From NCBI GenBank assembly GCA_045579585.1, contig JAZNMK010000009.1, forward strand, positions 3,705-67,704: 64,000 nt of DNA, read 5' to 3'. Under the pieces are notes generated by a model. It was not told where the DNA came from and did no database searches. It saw only the letters and a list, made by a program, of their open reading frames with translations. Position 1 is the first letter of the stretch. The number at the start of each line of letters is the position of its first letter. This stretch comes from Acutalibacteraceae bacterium. Lineage in GTDB: Bacteria > Bacillota > Clostridia > Oscillospirales > Acutalibacteraceae. Shown here piece after piece: positions 1 through 9,175 of this stretch. The position numbers and the translations under genes are program-made.

Positions 1-192
1 GCCATCTTCAAAGCCGTAATCAAAATCGTCGTAAGTGTTGTCGGATTGTGTGCGGCGGTTTTTGTTTTTGCTGATGTAGATATCTCCGTTTGAGTTTTCC
101 GGTGTTACGTATATATCGTCGTACTCATAGTCGGAGCTTGTCTGATTATTATCGCGGCGCGGTTTTTTACCGCTGACATAGATGTCGTCCAA
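1..192 (-). CDS. 5' part of an ORF running off the left edge; Asp/Tyr/Asn-rich repeat protein, function unknown
   Basis: Hand translation of the minus strand. TTG at 192-190 follows GGAAGGAAAG. It reads LDDIYVSGKKPRRDNNQTSSDYEYDDIYVTPENSNGDIYISKNKNRRTQSDNTYDDFDYGFEDG with no stop to position 1. Two DIY(V/I)S..K..RR...DY units are visible. Not in the ORF track because it is truncated by the window. Confidence 0.25.
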   Translation of the reverse strand, partial: MDDIYVSGKKPRRDNNQTSSDYEYDDIYVTPENSNGDIYISKNKNRRTQSDNTYDDFDYGFEDG

Positions 193-220
193 CGCTGTTC
201 TTTCCTTCCTTTTTAAAAAC

Positions 221-797
221 GCAAGCGGATCTGTAAGCCGGGTTCTGTCGTTTAAGGCAACTATCTTTCTAGGCCCTGCGTTGCCGCAGCGCTCAAGCCA
301 CCTGTTGAAGTATAGGCCGAGCAAGCCACTTCGGTCGGTGTTGCTTCGGATAGGGTTTACAGGGCCGTACAGTCTCCTGTACGCCGGTGAGCTCTTACCT
401 CGCCTTTCCACCCTTACCTGCCAGGGCAGCGAGAACAAATCCGAACACGCCCAAAAAACAAAATTTTCAAGCTTTTTCGGCGTTTCGGTCTTGAAAGGTG
501 TCACCTTCCTGCGACCTCAGCCACCCCAAAAGCAACAAAAATATTTGCATTTTGGGTCTGCGATTTTTTATTGAGTTAATCTGATGCAAATCTTAACGAT
601 AAGTTGATTCAAACAAACCAATAAAAAACGTATTCAGATTCATTCTCACTACCCTGAGCAGGCGGTATATCTCTGTTGCACTGTCCCTAAGGTCACCCTC
701 GGCGGCCGTTAGCCGTTATCCTGCTCTGTGAAGCCCGGACTTTCCTCGTCGGCAGGGGTGATAAATCCCTGACGCCGCAGCTGCCCAATCCGCTTGC
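221..797 (-). ncRNA. rnpB: RNase P RNA, bacterial type A, with a ~235-nt expansion at the P9 position
   Basis: Reverse complement contains GAGGAAAGTCCGGGC (733-747), CAGTGCAACAGAGA, GGTAAGGGTGGAAAGG (403-418), GGTAAGAGCTCACC and ACAGAACCCGGCTTAC (233-248). P1 pairs GCAAGCGGAT (797-788) with ATCCGCTTGC (230-221). Order and spacing match E. coli M1 RNA except for the insert at 422-656. Confidence 0.88.
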
Positions 798-805
798 AAA
801 TATAT

Positions 806-834
806 ATTTTATAACAAAACGCGTGTGATGTCAA
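806..834 (-). promoter_or_regulatory. sigma-70-type promoter for rnpB
   Basis: Minus strand: TTGACA (834-829), 17-nt spacer, TAAAAT (811-806). The predicted start lies a few nt before the P1 5' strand at 797. Confidence 0.5.
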
Positions 835-896
835 TTTAATAATGTCGTACTTCGTTGCATATATATCTAAAAAAAATAAAAAGAGGGATAGGGATT

Positions 897-3389
897 ATGG
901 ATTATTATGCAGTGAATGCGGGTGATGTTGTCGCTGAGCTTAAAACCGATGCGCACCTCGGTCTGACACGGTCGCAGGCAAAGCGACGGCTGAACGAGGA
1001 TGGGGAAAACAGACTTGCCGAAAAAAAGAAAAGCAACGTTTTGGTCATGTTCCTTATGCAGTTTCGCGATTTTATGGTAATTACGCTGTTGGTTGCTGCG
1101 GCAATTTCGTTTTTAACAGCTTACCTCGAGGGTGACGGCTCATATATTGACCCGATAATTATCCTTGTCATCGTTATTATAAACGCAATTGTCGGTGTGA
1201 TTCAGGAGAGCAGGGCAGAGCGTGCGCTCGATAAGCTGAAAGAGCTTTCAGCGCCGGAGGCGGCTGTTATCCGTGACGGTGAAGTGCAGAAACTGCCTGC
1301 AAGTCAGGTTGTCAGAGGCGATGTTCTCTTGCTCAGCACAGGTGACAGAGTTGCCGCGGATGCCAGGCTTATCGAAAGTGTGGGGCTTAAAATGAATGAA
1401 AGCTCGCTTACGGGAGAGGCCTTGCCTGTAGTGAAATCCGCCTCAGGCGGGCTTGATGCGTCAACCCCTCTCGCGGAGCGCAGCAACTGTGTTTTTGCGG
1501 CATCAACCGTACTTGCGGGGCACGGTAAGGCTATTGTAACGCACACGGCGATGGATACGCAGATAGGCAAAATTGCCGATATGCTCGGCAAGGAAAAGGT
1601 GCCGCTGACTCCGCTTCAGCTCAGGCTTGAAAAAATCAGCAGGGTGTTGGGCTTAGGTGCAATCGGCATCTGTGCCGTTGTGTTTTTGCTTGGTGTACTC
1701 AGGCGAGACGGTCTCCTCGACAGCTTTATGCTTGCCGTCAGCCTTGCCGTTGCGGCAATCCCGGAGGGTCTGCCGGCTGTCGTGACGATTGTGCTCAGCT
1801 CCGGTGTTTCCGTAATGGCAAAAAACAAGGCGATAATCCGCAGGCTCACAGCTGTTGAAGCACTCGGCAGTGCAACTTATATATGTTCGGATAAAACGGG
1901 CACGCTTACGCAGAACAGGATGACGGTTTCAAGGCTGTTTTCAGCTTATTCTGAGACGGCTGTAAGCAGTGACGAGGGCAAAAAAATCCTTGGCACGGCG
2001 GCGCTATGCTGCAACGCAACCGCTGCCCGGGGTGAGCCGACCGAGGTTGCTGTTGTAAGGGCGGCAGGAGGTGTTGACGGCAGTGCGGTAAGGCTTGATG
2101 AGGAGCCGTTCAGCAGTGAAAAAAAGATGATGAGCGTTACGGTGCGTGTGGGCGAAAAAACGCTGACCATTGTAAAAGGTGCGCCCGAAAAAGTGCTTGT
2201 AATGTGCCGTTTTGTCGGCAACGCATACGTTTTTAATGACCGTATGGCGGATGAGGGTTTGCGTGTGCTTGCGGTTGCTGTCAGGGAGAATGATGATTTT
2301 GAGTTTGTGGGGCTTATCGGTATTGAAGACCCGGAGCGTAAGGAGGCGGCGCAGGCGGTTGCACTTTGCAAACAGGCAGGCATAACCCCTGTGATGATAA
2401 CCGGTGATAACCCGCGCACTGCCTCGGTAATTGCAGCAAGGCTAGGTATAGCCGAAAAGGGCAGGCCTGCCGTGACGGGAGCAAAGCTGGATATGCTCAG
2501 TAACAGTGAGCTTTGCGAAACTGTGAAGAAGGAACGTGTTTTTGCCCGCGTCAGCCCCGAACATAAGGTGCGCATAGTCAAAGCATTGCGTGCTAACGGT
2601 GAGGTTACTGCAATGACCGGTGACGGAGTAAACGATGCTCCTGCGCTCAAGGCGGCGGATATCGGCTGTGCTATGGGGAAATGCGGCACTCAGGTAGCAA
2701 AGGGTGCGGCGGATATAGTGCTTGCCGACGATAATTTTGCAACAATTGTAAAGGCTGTTCGGGAGGGCAGAGGAATATACGACAACATAAGGAAGGTAAT
2801 ACGCTTTCTGCTGAGCAGTAACATCGGTGAGATAATACTTATATTTGTGGCAGGGATTATTGGTATGCCGGTGCCGATGTTGCCGATTCAGCTGCTGTGG
2901 ACCAATCTTGTCACGGATTCATTGCCTGCAATGGCACTCGGTACCGAAAAAACCGACAGCGACATTATGAAGCGACCGCCCGTTGATCCGAAAAAAGGAA
3001 TTTTCAGCAAGGGCGGTTGGCTGGATATTGTGCTGGAGGGCGTGTTTATCGGTGCATTGGCTCTGCTCGGCTTTGCGCTCGGTTGTCGGCTGTGGGGTGA
3101 GCAGGTAGGGCGAACTGTATGCTTTTGTACGATGAGCATAAGCGAGCTTGTGCACGCGCTTAATTCACGCAGTGAGCGCTCATTATTTAAAATAGGATGG
3201 TTTTCAAACCGCAGGATGAATCTTGCCTTTGCTGTGTGTCTGCTGCTTCAGGTAGGAGTGGTTATGTTTGAGGGTACAGCAAATCTTTTCGGTGTTGTTC
3301 CGCTTAGCGGTATGCAATGGCTTTTGGTTGCGGCGCTTTGTGCCGTATTGCCTGCGGCGGTTGAAATATCAAAGGCGGCAAAAGCTTGA
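897..3389 (+). CDS. P-type ATPase, P2A (Ca2+-transporting, SERCA/YloB-like)
   Basis: Motifs DKTGTLTQN, MITGDN, TGDGVNDAPALKAADIG; N-terminal cation-ATPase-N segment (GLTRSQAKRRLNEDGENRL); multiple TM helices. Start moved to ATG 897 (MDYYAV), which follows AGAGGGA; the track start 855 is TTG without an RBS. Confidence 0.88.
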   Translation: MDYYAVNAGDVVAELKTDAHLGLTRSQAKRRLNEDGENRLAEKKKSNVLVMFLMQFRDFMVITLLVAAAISFLTAYLEGDGSYIDPIIILVIVIINAIVGVIQESRAERALDKLKELSAPEAAVIRDGEVQKLPASQVVRGDVLLLSTGDRVAADARLIESVGLKMNESSLTGEALPVVKSASGGLDASTPLAERSNCVFAASTVLAGHGKAIVTHTAMDTQIGKIADMLGKEKVPLTPLQLRLEKISRVLGLGAIGICAVVFLLGVLRRDGLLDSFMLAVSLAVAAIPEGLPAVVTIVLSSGVSVMAKNKAIIRRLTAVEALGSATYICSDKTGTLTQNRMTVSRLFSAYSETAVSSDEGKKILGTAALCCNATAARGEPTEVAVVRAAGGVDGSAVRLDEEPFSSEKKMMSVTVRVGEKTLTIVKGAPEKVLVMCRFVGNAYVFNDRMADEGLRVLAVAVRENDDFEFVGLIGIEDPERKEAAQAVALCKQAGITPVMITGDNPRTASVIAARLGIAEKGRPAVTGAKLDMLSNSELCETVKKERVFARVSPEHKVRIVKALRANGEVTAMTGDGVNDAPALKAADIGCAMGKCGTQVAKGAADIVLADDNFATIVKAVREGRGIYDNIRKVIRFLLSSNIGEIILIFVAGIIGMPVPMLPIQLLWTNLVTDSLPAMALGTEKTDSDIMKRPPVDPKKGIFSKGGWLDIVLEGVFIGALALLGFALGCRLWGEQVGRTVCFCTMSISELVHALNSRSERSLFKIGWFSNRRMNLAFAVCLLLQVGVVMFEGTANLFGVVPLSGMQWLLVAALCAVLPAAVEISKAAKA

Positions 3390-3448
3390 CAAAATACGGG
3401 GCTTAAATATATACTTATCGATGAATTTGTGGAAAAAGGTAAAAAATT

Positions 3449-4120
3449 ATGGATAAGTATCTTGCTAAAAAGGAGCTTGTGCCGCTTCTGCTCAGGCTTT
3501 CGGTGTTGGCGGCAATATTTATAGCTGTTGCGCTTAATTACGATCGCCTTATCAATCTCGACGTGCGTGCTCTTGTCGATGCCGCACCGGGTGAGGCGGC
3601 AGCTATTGCTGTAGGAATTGCAATTTTCGGCCTTAAGGGTCTCACCTTTGTCATACCTGCAATGCTGGTTTACGTTTCTGTCGGCATGGCGTTTGATCTT
3701 GGTACGGCACTGTTCATCAGCCTTTGCGGAATTGCGCTTGAGGTTGCTGTTACATACTGGCTCGGCAGAGTACTCGGCGGCGATTACGTTGCAAAGCTTC
3801 TGGGCAAGGTCAAGGGCGGCGATAAGGTGCTCGGTATGAAAAACAAGAGCAAACTTTCAACCGTTTTTTTCGCTCGGCTTTTTGCGTTGCCAATTGATTT
3901 TTCCAGCCTTTTATTCGGCTCGATGAAAATTCCGTTTTTCAGATATTTAATTTTTTCGGTTGTGGCTATTGCACCGCGCGTAATACTTTTTACAACCCTG
4001 GGTGACGGCATTTATGATATTATTCCGATGCACCTTATCCTCAAAGCGGTGCTGATTGTACTGCCGGCAGTTGCAGTTGTTTTTGTCGTGCGTTGGCTCA
4101 TCAAACGCAAAAAGGCGTGA
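3449..4120 (+). CDS. TVP38/TMEM64 (DedA-related) family membrane protein
   Basis: 223-aa polytopic protein; the VTYWLGRVLGGDYVAKLL segment is typical of the SNARE-associated/TVP38 family. Confidence 0.6.
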   Translation: MDKYLAKKELVPLLLRLSVLAAIFIAVALNYDRLINLDVRALVDAAPGEAAAIAVGIAIFGLKGLTFVIPAMLVYVSVGMAFDLGTALFISLCGIALEVAVTYWLGRVLGGDYVAKLLGKVKGGDKVLGMKNKSKLSTVFFARLFALPIDFSSLLFGSMKIPFFRYLIFSVVAIAPRVILFTTLGDGIYDIIPMHLILKAVLIVLPAVAVVFVVRWLIKRKKA

Positions 4121-4236
4121 TTTTTAGGCTATTTTCCCATTAACTGTGTGCTTTTCGGTGCTATTTATTATTGAAAATACTATTGCTATTTTCGTTTTCT
4201 TGTGGTAAACTATGTATGTACGAATGATTTGACCGA

Positions 4237-4275
4237 AGAGTGGGCTCTGCCCGCTCTTTTGTTTATTCTTTTGGA
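4237..4275 (+). terminator. intrinsic terminator-like hairpin in the rimP-nusA-infB leader (candidate attenuator)
   Basis: AGAGTGGGC (4237-4245) / GCCCGCTCT (4249-4257) form a 9-bp stem with one G-U and a 3-nt loop. It is followed by TTTTGTTTATTCTTTT and lies 25 nt upstream of the rimP RBS. Confidence 0.55.
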
Positions 4276-4299
4276 AATTCTTATGTAAGGAGTGAGAAT

Positions 4300-4785
4300 A
4301 TGGCAGGTAAAGGTAAGGGTGGTAACACGGTTGCTGCTGTAACAGCGATTGCCGAGCCGATTGCTCAGCAGCTCGGACTTATGCTCTGGGATGTACGCTT
4401 TGTAAAAGAAGGTGCAAACTGGTACCTCCGCATTTTTATTGATAAGGAGGGCGGCGTAGGCATTGATGACTGTGTTGCGATGAGCCATGCGCTTGACAAA
4501 CCGCTTGACGATGCCGATCCTATCGACCGCAGCTACTGTCTTGAGGTAAGCTCACCCGGCACAGACCGCGAGCTTACGCGTCCGGCTCACTTCGATGCTT
4601 ATATCGGCGCTCCGGTTGTCGTAAGGCTTATCCGTCCACTCGAAACGGGTGAGCGTGAGCTGCACGGCAAACTCGACAGCCACGATGCGGGCAGCTTTAC
4701 CGTTACGCTTGATGGTGAGCGCACGCTTGTAATAGAACGCAAGGAAGCCTCATGGGTGCGCCTTGACGACATAAATGCAATTTAA
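4300..4785 (+). CDS. rimP: ribosome maturation factor RimP
   Basis: WDVRFVKEGANWYLRIFIDKEGGVGIDDC and LEVSSPG motifs; first gene of the nusA operon. Start set to ATG 4300 after TAAGGAGTGAG. Confidence 0.85.
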   Translation: MAGKGKGGNTVAAVTAIAEPIAQQLGLMLWDVRFVKEGANWYLRIFIDKEGGVGIDDCVAMSHALDKPLDDADPIDRSYCLEVSSPGTDRELTRPAHFDAYIGAPVVVRLIRPLETGERELHGKLDSHDAGSFTVTLDGERTLVIERKEASWVRLDDINAI

Positions 4786-4806
4786 CGAAAGGATTGATAT
4801 ATCAAA

Positions 4807-5874
4807 ATGACTAAGAAGGACACAAAGGAATTCTTTGAAGCTGTGAAGCTTCTTGAACAGGAAAAAGGAATCTCTTCAGCAGCTCTGTGTGAGAGAATAC
4901 AGGCTGCAATAGTATCCGCAATCAAAGGCGAGTACAACAGAGACATCGGATACTGTGAAATTGATATGGAAAAGGGCAAGATGTTTGTCTGCATCCGCAA
5001 AAACGTAGTTGATGAAATCGGCGATCCCGTAACAGATCTTCTCCCCGAAGAGGCTGTACGCTATAAGAAGACTGCAAAGGCAGGCGATGTTGTTGAAATT
5101 CCGCTTGATACAAAGCAGTTCAGCAGAATTATGGCAAGCACAGTTAAAAACGTTATCCGTCAGGGTATCCGCGAGGCTGAGGACGAAAGACGCAGCCGTG
5201 AGCTTCACAGCAAGCACAACGAGCTTGTAACGGTTAAGGTTATTTCGGTTGATGCCGAAACAGGCAATGCAACGGTTAACCTCGGCAAGGGCGAAGCAAT
5301 TCTCCTCAAGTCGGAGCAGGTTCCGGGCGAGGAGCTCGCAGCAGGCGACTTTATTAAGATTTATGTTGTTGATATCCGCAAGGGTGAGAAAAAAGGCGTT
5401 AAGGCTATGATCTCCCGCACACACCCCGGCCTTGTACGCAGACTGTTTGAGGAAGAAGTTCCCGAAATCAAGGACGGTACAGTTAAAATTCAGGCTATCT
5501 CACGTGAGGCAGGCTCCCGCACAAAGATTGCCGTATACAGCGAAGATGAGAACGTTGATGCCGTTGGTTCATGCATCGGTGCAAGAGGTGCACGTGTAGG
5601 CAACGTTGTAGATCTTCTCAACGGTGAAAAAATTGATATTGTTAAATACAGCGAAGACCCGGCACAGTTTATTGCTGCATCACTTGCCCCCGCTGATGTT
5701 ATAAGCGTTGAGGTTCTTGAGGATGCTCCGAAATCCTGCCGTGTTGTTGTTCCGGATAATCAGCTTTCACTTGCAATCGGCAACAAGGGCCAGAACGCTC
5801 GCCTTGCCGCAAAGCTTACCGGCTGGAAGATTGATATTAACCCCGAAAGCGGCTTTTACGAGATTAAAGAATAA
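4807..5874 (+). CDS. nusA: transcription termination/antitermination factor NusA
   Basis: 355 aa with N-terminal domain, S1 and two KH regions (LAIGNKGQNARLAAKLTGWKIDI); conserved operon context. Confidence 0.95.
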   Translation: MTKKDTKEFFEAVKLLEQEKGISSAALCERIQAAIVSAIKGEYNRDIGYCEIDMEKGKMFVCIRKNVVDEIGDPVTDLLPEEAVRYKKTAKAGDVVEIPLDTKQFSRIMASTVKNVIRQGIREAEDERRSRELHSKHNELVTVKVISVDAETGNATVNLGKGEAILLKSEQVPGEELAAGDFIKIYVVDIRKGEKKGVKAMISRTHPGLVRRLFEEEVPEIKDGTVKIQAISREAGSRTKIAVYSEDENVDAVGSCIGARGARVGNVVDLLNGEKIDIVKYSEDPAQFIAASLAPADVISVEVLEDAPKSCRVVVPDNQLSLAIGNKGQNARLAAKLTGWKIDINPESGFYEIKE

Positions 5875-5895
5875 TGTTGTTACGGCGGTGAGATT

Positions 5896-6165
5896 ATGAA
5901 CAAACCCAAAAAAATACCGATGCGTAAGTGTCTGGGCTGTGGCGAGATGAAGCCGAAGCAGGAGCTTATCCGTGCGGTGCGTTCGCCGGAGGGTGAGATT
6001 TCGCTCGACCTTACAGGCAAAAAGAACGGCAGAGGAGCATACATCTGCCGCGATAAGAAGTGTCTGGCCGCCGCAATCAAAGCCAAACGGTTTGAAAGAG
6101 CTTTCGGCTGTGCTGTTGATCAGCACGTTTATGATAAGCTGCTCACTGAGTTTGAGCAGGAATAA
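5896..6165 (+). CDS. ylxR: YlxR/DUF448 family RNA-binding protein
   Basis: MRKCLGCGEMKPKQELIRAV...GRGAYIC signature; located between nusA and infB. Confidence 0.85.
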   Translation: MNKPKKIPMRKCLGCGEMKPKQELIRAVRSPEGEISLDLTGKKNGRGAYICRDKKCLAAAIKAKRFERAFGCAVDQHVYDKLLTEFEQE

Positions 6166-6177
6166 GGAGGAAATCGC

Positions 6178-8565
6178 ATGGCAGTAATAAAATACAGAAT
6201 CCATGAAGTCGGTAAGGACTTCGGCAAGTCAAGCAAAGTAATTATGGAGCTGCTTGAAAAGTACGTTGATGTTTCAGCGAAAAACCACATGACAGCACTT
6301 GAAGACAACGAGCTTGATATTATATTCGAAACATTCACACAGCAGACGGCAGTGCCTAACTTTAACGAGTATTTTGCAACAGTTTCCGAGGCAAAGCCCA
6401 AGGCTAAGGCAGAAGAGCCAAAGGCAGAGGAAAAGCCCGCGAAGGCTGCAGATAAGCCGGCGCCCGCAAAGGCTGCAGATAAAAAGCCCGACGGTAAGGC
6501 TGCCGCTCCTGCTGAAAAGCAGCCCGAGCAGCCCAAGAAGAAGGAGAAAGACCGTTCAGGTCCTCTTCAGGCAAGAACAAAGGGCGAAAAGAGAACAATT
6601 GACACAAGAGCAGATAACGTTCAGCTTGAAAAATACAACGAGCATTACGAGAATATTGTGCCCGTAAACAAGTCACAGGGTATTCAGGATTCTTCCGTGC
6701 GTAAGCAGAAGCTTAACCAGAAATCCAAGCAGTACCGCAAGCAGGGCACAAGAACTCACCGCCGCGAAACCGAGCAGGAGAGAATTAAGAGAATCGAAGC
6801 AGAGCGCGCAAACAAGAAGATTACCGTTACTCTTCCTGAAGAGATCACTGTAGGTGACCTTGCGCTCAAGCTTAAGATGACAGCGGCAGAGGTTATCAAA
6901 AAGCTCTTCTTACTCGGACAGATGGCAACAATCAACGATATGCTCGATTACGACACAGCCGAAATCGTTGCTACCGAGCTCGGTGCAAAGGTTCAGAAAG
7001 AGGTTGTTGTTACAATTGAGGACAGAATCATCGACGCAACAGAGGACGATGATACAAACCTCGAGCCGAGAAACCCCGTTGTTGTTGTTATGGGTCACGT
7101 TGACCACGGTAAGACTTCACTTCTCGATGCTATCCGTCACACCTCCGTTACTTCAACCGAGGCAGGCGGCATCACACAGCACATCGGTGCTTACAGAGTA
7201 AAAGCAAACGGCGAGCTTATCACCTTCCTCGATACACCCGGTCACGCAGCGTTTACTTCAATGCGTGCACGTGGTGCTCAGGCTACGGATATCGCTGTTC
7301 TCGTTGTTGCCGCTGATGACGGTATCATGCCGCAGACGGTTGAAGCTATCAACCACGCCAAGGCAGCCGGCGTTCAGATTATTGTTGCAATCAACAAGAT
7401 GGATAAGCCCGATGTTAACCCCGAAAGAATCAAGCAGCAGCTCACAGAATACGAGCTTATTCCCGAAGAGTGGGGCGGCGACACAATCTGTGTGCCCGTT
7501 TCAGCTCATACTAAGATGGGTATCGACAGCCTTCTTGAGTCAATCCTTCTCGTTGCTGAGATGCAGGAGCTTAAGGCTAACCCGAACAGAGCGGCAAAGG
7601 GTAGCGTTATCGAGGCAAGACTTGATAAGGGTCGCGGCCCGATTGCAACTCTCCTTGTCCAGAACGGTACATTGCACGCAGGCGACATCATCGTTGCAGG
7701 TACTTCTGTCGGCCGTGTTCGTGCAATGGTTGATGAGCACGGCAGAAACGTTAAGGAAGCAGGCCCGTCCTGCCCTGTTGAGATAATGGGCCTTGACGAA
7801 GCACCTCAGGCAGGTGATATTTTCGACGCAGTATCAGACGAGCGCCTTGCAAGAGAGCTTGTTGAGCAGCGTAAGCAGAAGCTCAAGGATGAGCAGTTCA
7901 ACTCCGTACAGAAGGTTACACTTGATAACCTCTTCTCCTCACTCCAGGCAGGCGAGGTCAAGGACCTTAACGTTGTTGTCAAGGCTGACGTTCAGGGCTC
8001 AGCAGAGGCTGTTAAGCAGAACCTTGAGAAGCTTTCAAACGACGAGGTTCGTGTTCGTGTTATTCACAGCGGTGTCGGTGCAGTCAGCGAGAGCGACGTT
8101 ATGCTTGCTAACGCATCCAACGCTATTATCGTCGGCTTCAATGTCAGACCTGACCCCGCGGCTCAGGTTAACGCAGAGCGTGACGGTGTTGATATGAGAA
8201 TGTACAGAATCATCTACGACTGTATTGAGGAGATTGAGGCAGCTATCAAAGGTATGCTTGCTCCCAAAACACGTGAGGTTGTACAGGGCCGTGTCGAGGT
8301 TCGTAACATCATCAATATTTCTTCTGTCGGTAACGTTGCAGGTTGCTATGTTCTCGACGGTAAGGTTACACGTAACTCAAAGATTCGTGTTGTCCGTGAT
8401 GGTATTGTTATCACCGAGGACGAGATGGGCTCACTCAAGCGCTTTAAAGACGACGTAAAAGAAGTTGTTCAGGGCTACGAATGCGGTATCGTTCTCAACA
8501 AGTTCAACGATATCAAGCTCGGCGATATCTTCGAGTCATTCATCATTGAGGAATACCGAGACTAA
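6178..8565 (+). CDS. infB: translation initiation factor IF-2
   Basis: GTPase motifs [13 protein letters not shown] and NKMD; Lys/Ala/Pro-rich N-terminal linker; strong RBS AAGGAGG. Confidence 0.97.
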   Translation: MAVIKYRIHEVGKDFGKSSKVIMELLEKYVDVSAKNHMTALEDNELDIIFETFTQQTAVPNFNEYFATVSEAKPKAKAEEPKAEEKPAKAADKPAPAKAADKKPDGKAAAPAEKQPEQPKKKEKDRSGPLQARTKGEKRTIDTRADNVQLEKYNEHYENIVPVNKSQGIQDSSVRKQKLNQKSKQYRKQGTRTHRRETEQERIKRIEAERANKKITVTLPEEITVGDLALKLKMTAAEVIKKLFLLGQMATINDMLDYDTAEIVATELGAKVQKEVVVTIEDRIIDATEDDDTNLEPRNPVVVVMGHVDHGKTSLLDAIRHTSVTSTEAGGITQHIGAYRVKANGELITFLDTPGHAAFTSMRARGAQATDIAVLVVAADDGIMPQTVEAINHAKAAGVQIIVAINKMDKPDVNPERIKQQLTEYELIPEEWGGDTICVPVSAHTKMGIDSLLESILLVAEMQELKANPNRAAKGSVIEARLDKGRGPIATLLVQNGTLHAGDIIVAGTSVGRVRAMVDEHGRNVKEAGPSCPVEIMGLDEAPQAGDIFDAVSDERLARELVEQRKQKLKDEQFNSVQKVTLDNLFSSLQAGEVKDLNVVVKADVQGSAEAVKQNLEKLSNDEVRVRVIHSGVGAVSESDVMLANASNAIIVGFNVRPDPAAQVNAERDGVDMRMYRIIYDCIEEIEAAIKGMLAPKTREVVQGRVEVRNIINISSVGNVAGCYVLDGKVTRNSKIRVVRDGIVITEDEMGSLKRFKDDVKEVVQGYECGIVLNKFNDIKLGDIFESFIIEEYRD

Positions 8566-8620
8566 AAAGGGAGATGCAAGGGCTGGCGTTTTTTTCGTCA
8601 GCCTTTGTTGAAAGAAAATT

Positions 8621-8965
8621 ATGGCAGGTTATAAATCAGACAGAGTTGCGGAAGATATAAAGCGTGAAATAATCGCTATCATCCGTGACGAGATAAAGGA
8701 CCCCCGTGTTCAGGGCAAGCTTCTCACGGTTATACGTGTGGAGGTTTCGGGCGATCTTTCCTATGCAAAGGCTTATATCAGCGCAATGGAAGGTATCGAT
8801 GCTGCTAAAGAGGCTGTGGCAGGTCTTAAGAATGCTGCAGGCTATATCCGCCGTGAGGTCGGCCAGAGGCTCCGACTTCGCAAAACACCGGAGCTTCGCT
8901 TCGTTGCGGATGATTCTATTGAACACGGTATGAGCATTGCAAAAATGCTCAATGATTTAAAATAA
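8621..8965 (+). CDS. rbfA: ribosome-binding factor A
   Basis: 114 aa; IKDPRV...LRKTPELRF pattern; follows infB. Confidence 0.9.
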   Translation: MAGYKSDRVAEDIKREIIAIIRDEIKDPRVQGKLLTVIRVEVSGDLSYAKAYISAMEGIDAAKEAVAGLKNAAGYIRREVGQRLRLRKTPELRFVADDSIEHGMSIAKMLNDLK

Positions 8966-9175
8966 GCACTTCTTTAATCTTAAACACTCATCCTGACGGA
9001 TATCTTTTTGCCTTTACGCTTTCAAAATACCGGCAAAAACTATCACGCCAATCTGAGCACTACGATTAAATCAGTGCTTAAAAAATACTATTTAAATCTT
9101 GTATGAGTTACCCGATTCCGAAAATTACGGATTGTGTATTTACAAGGTTAAATTACAAACAAGGAGGGAAGAGCA

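Noticed and set aside
182-574. 130-aa plus-strand ORF in the track
   Set aside because: It lies entirely antisense to the RNase P RNA core and has junk-like composition. The conserved rnpB motifs explain the region.
855-896. N-terminal extension of the P-type ATPase ORF (track start 855)
   Set aside because: It is a TTG with no RBS. ATG 897 has an AGAGGGA Shine-Dalgarno and gives the usual Cation_ATPase_N start.
1304-3155. Several 77-247-aa minus-strand ORFs inside the ATPase gene
   Set aside because: These are antisense shadows of a strongly supported CDS. They have Ser/Ala/Pro-rich low-complexity translations and no RBS.
6129-6676. Alternative-frame and antisense ORFs, and the Lys/Ala/Pro-rich repeat, at the 5' end of infB
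   Set aside because: The KPAKAADK-type low-complexity linker is a normal feature of IF-2 N-termini. The overlapping ORFs are artefacts of its biased composition.
8966-9175. 210-nt rbfA-nrnA spacer with small hairpins (AGCACT...AGTGCT), possible sRNA or riboswitch
   Set aside because: No promoter/terminator pair, no conserved motif recognised, and no T-tract after the hairpin. It is most simply an intra-operon spacer.
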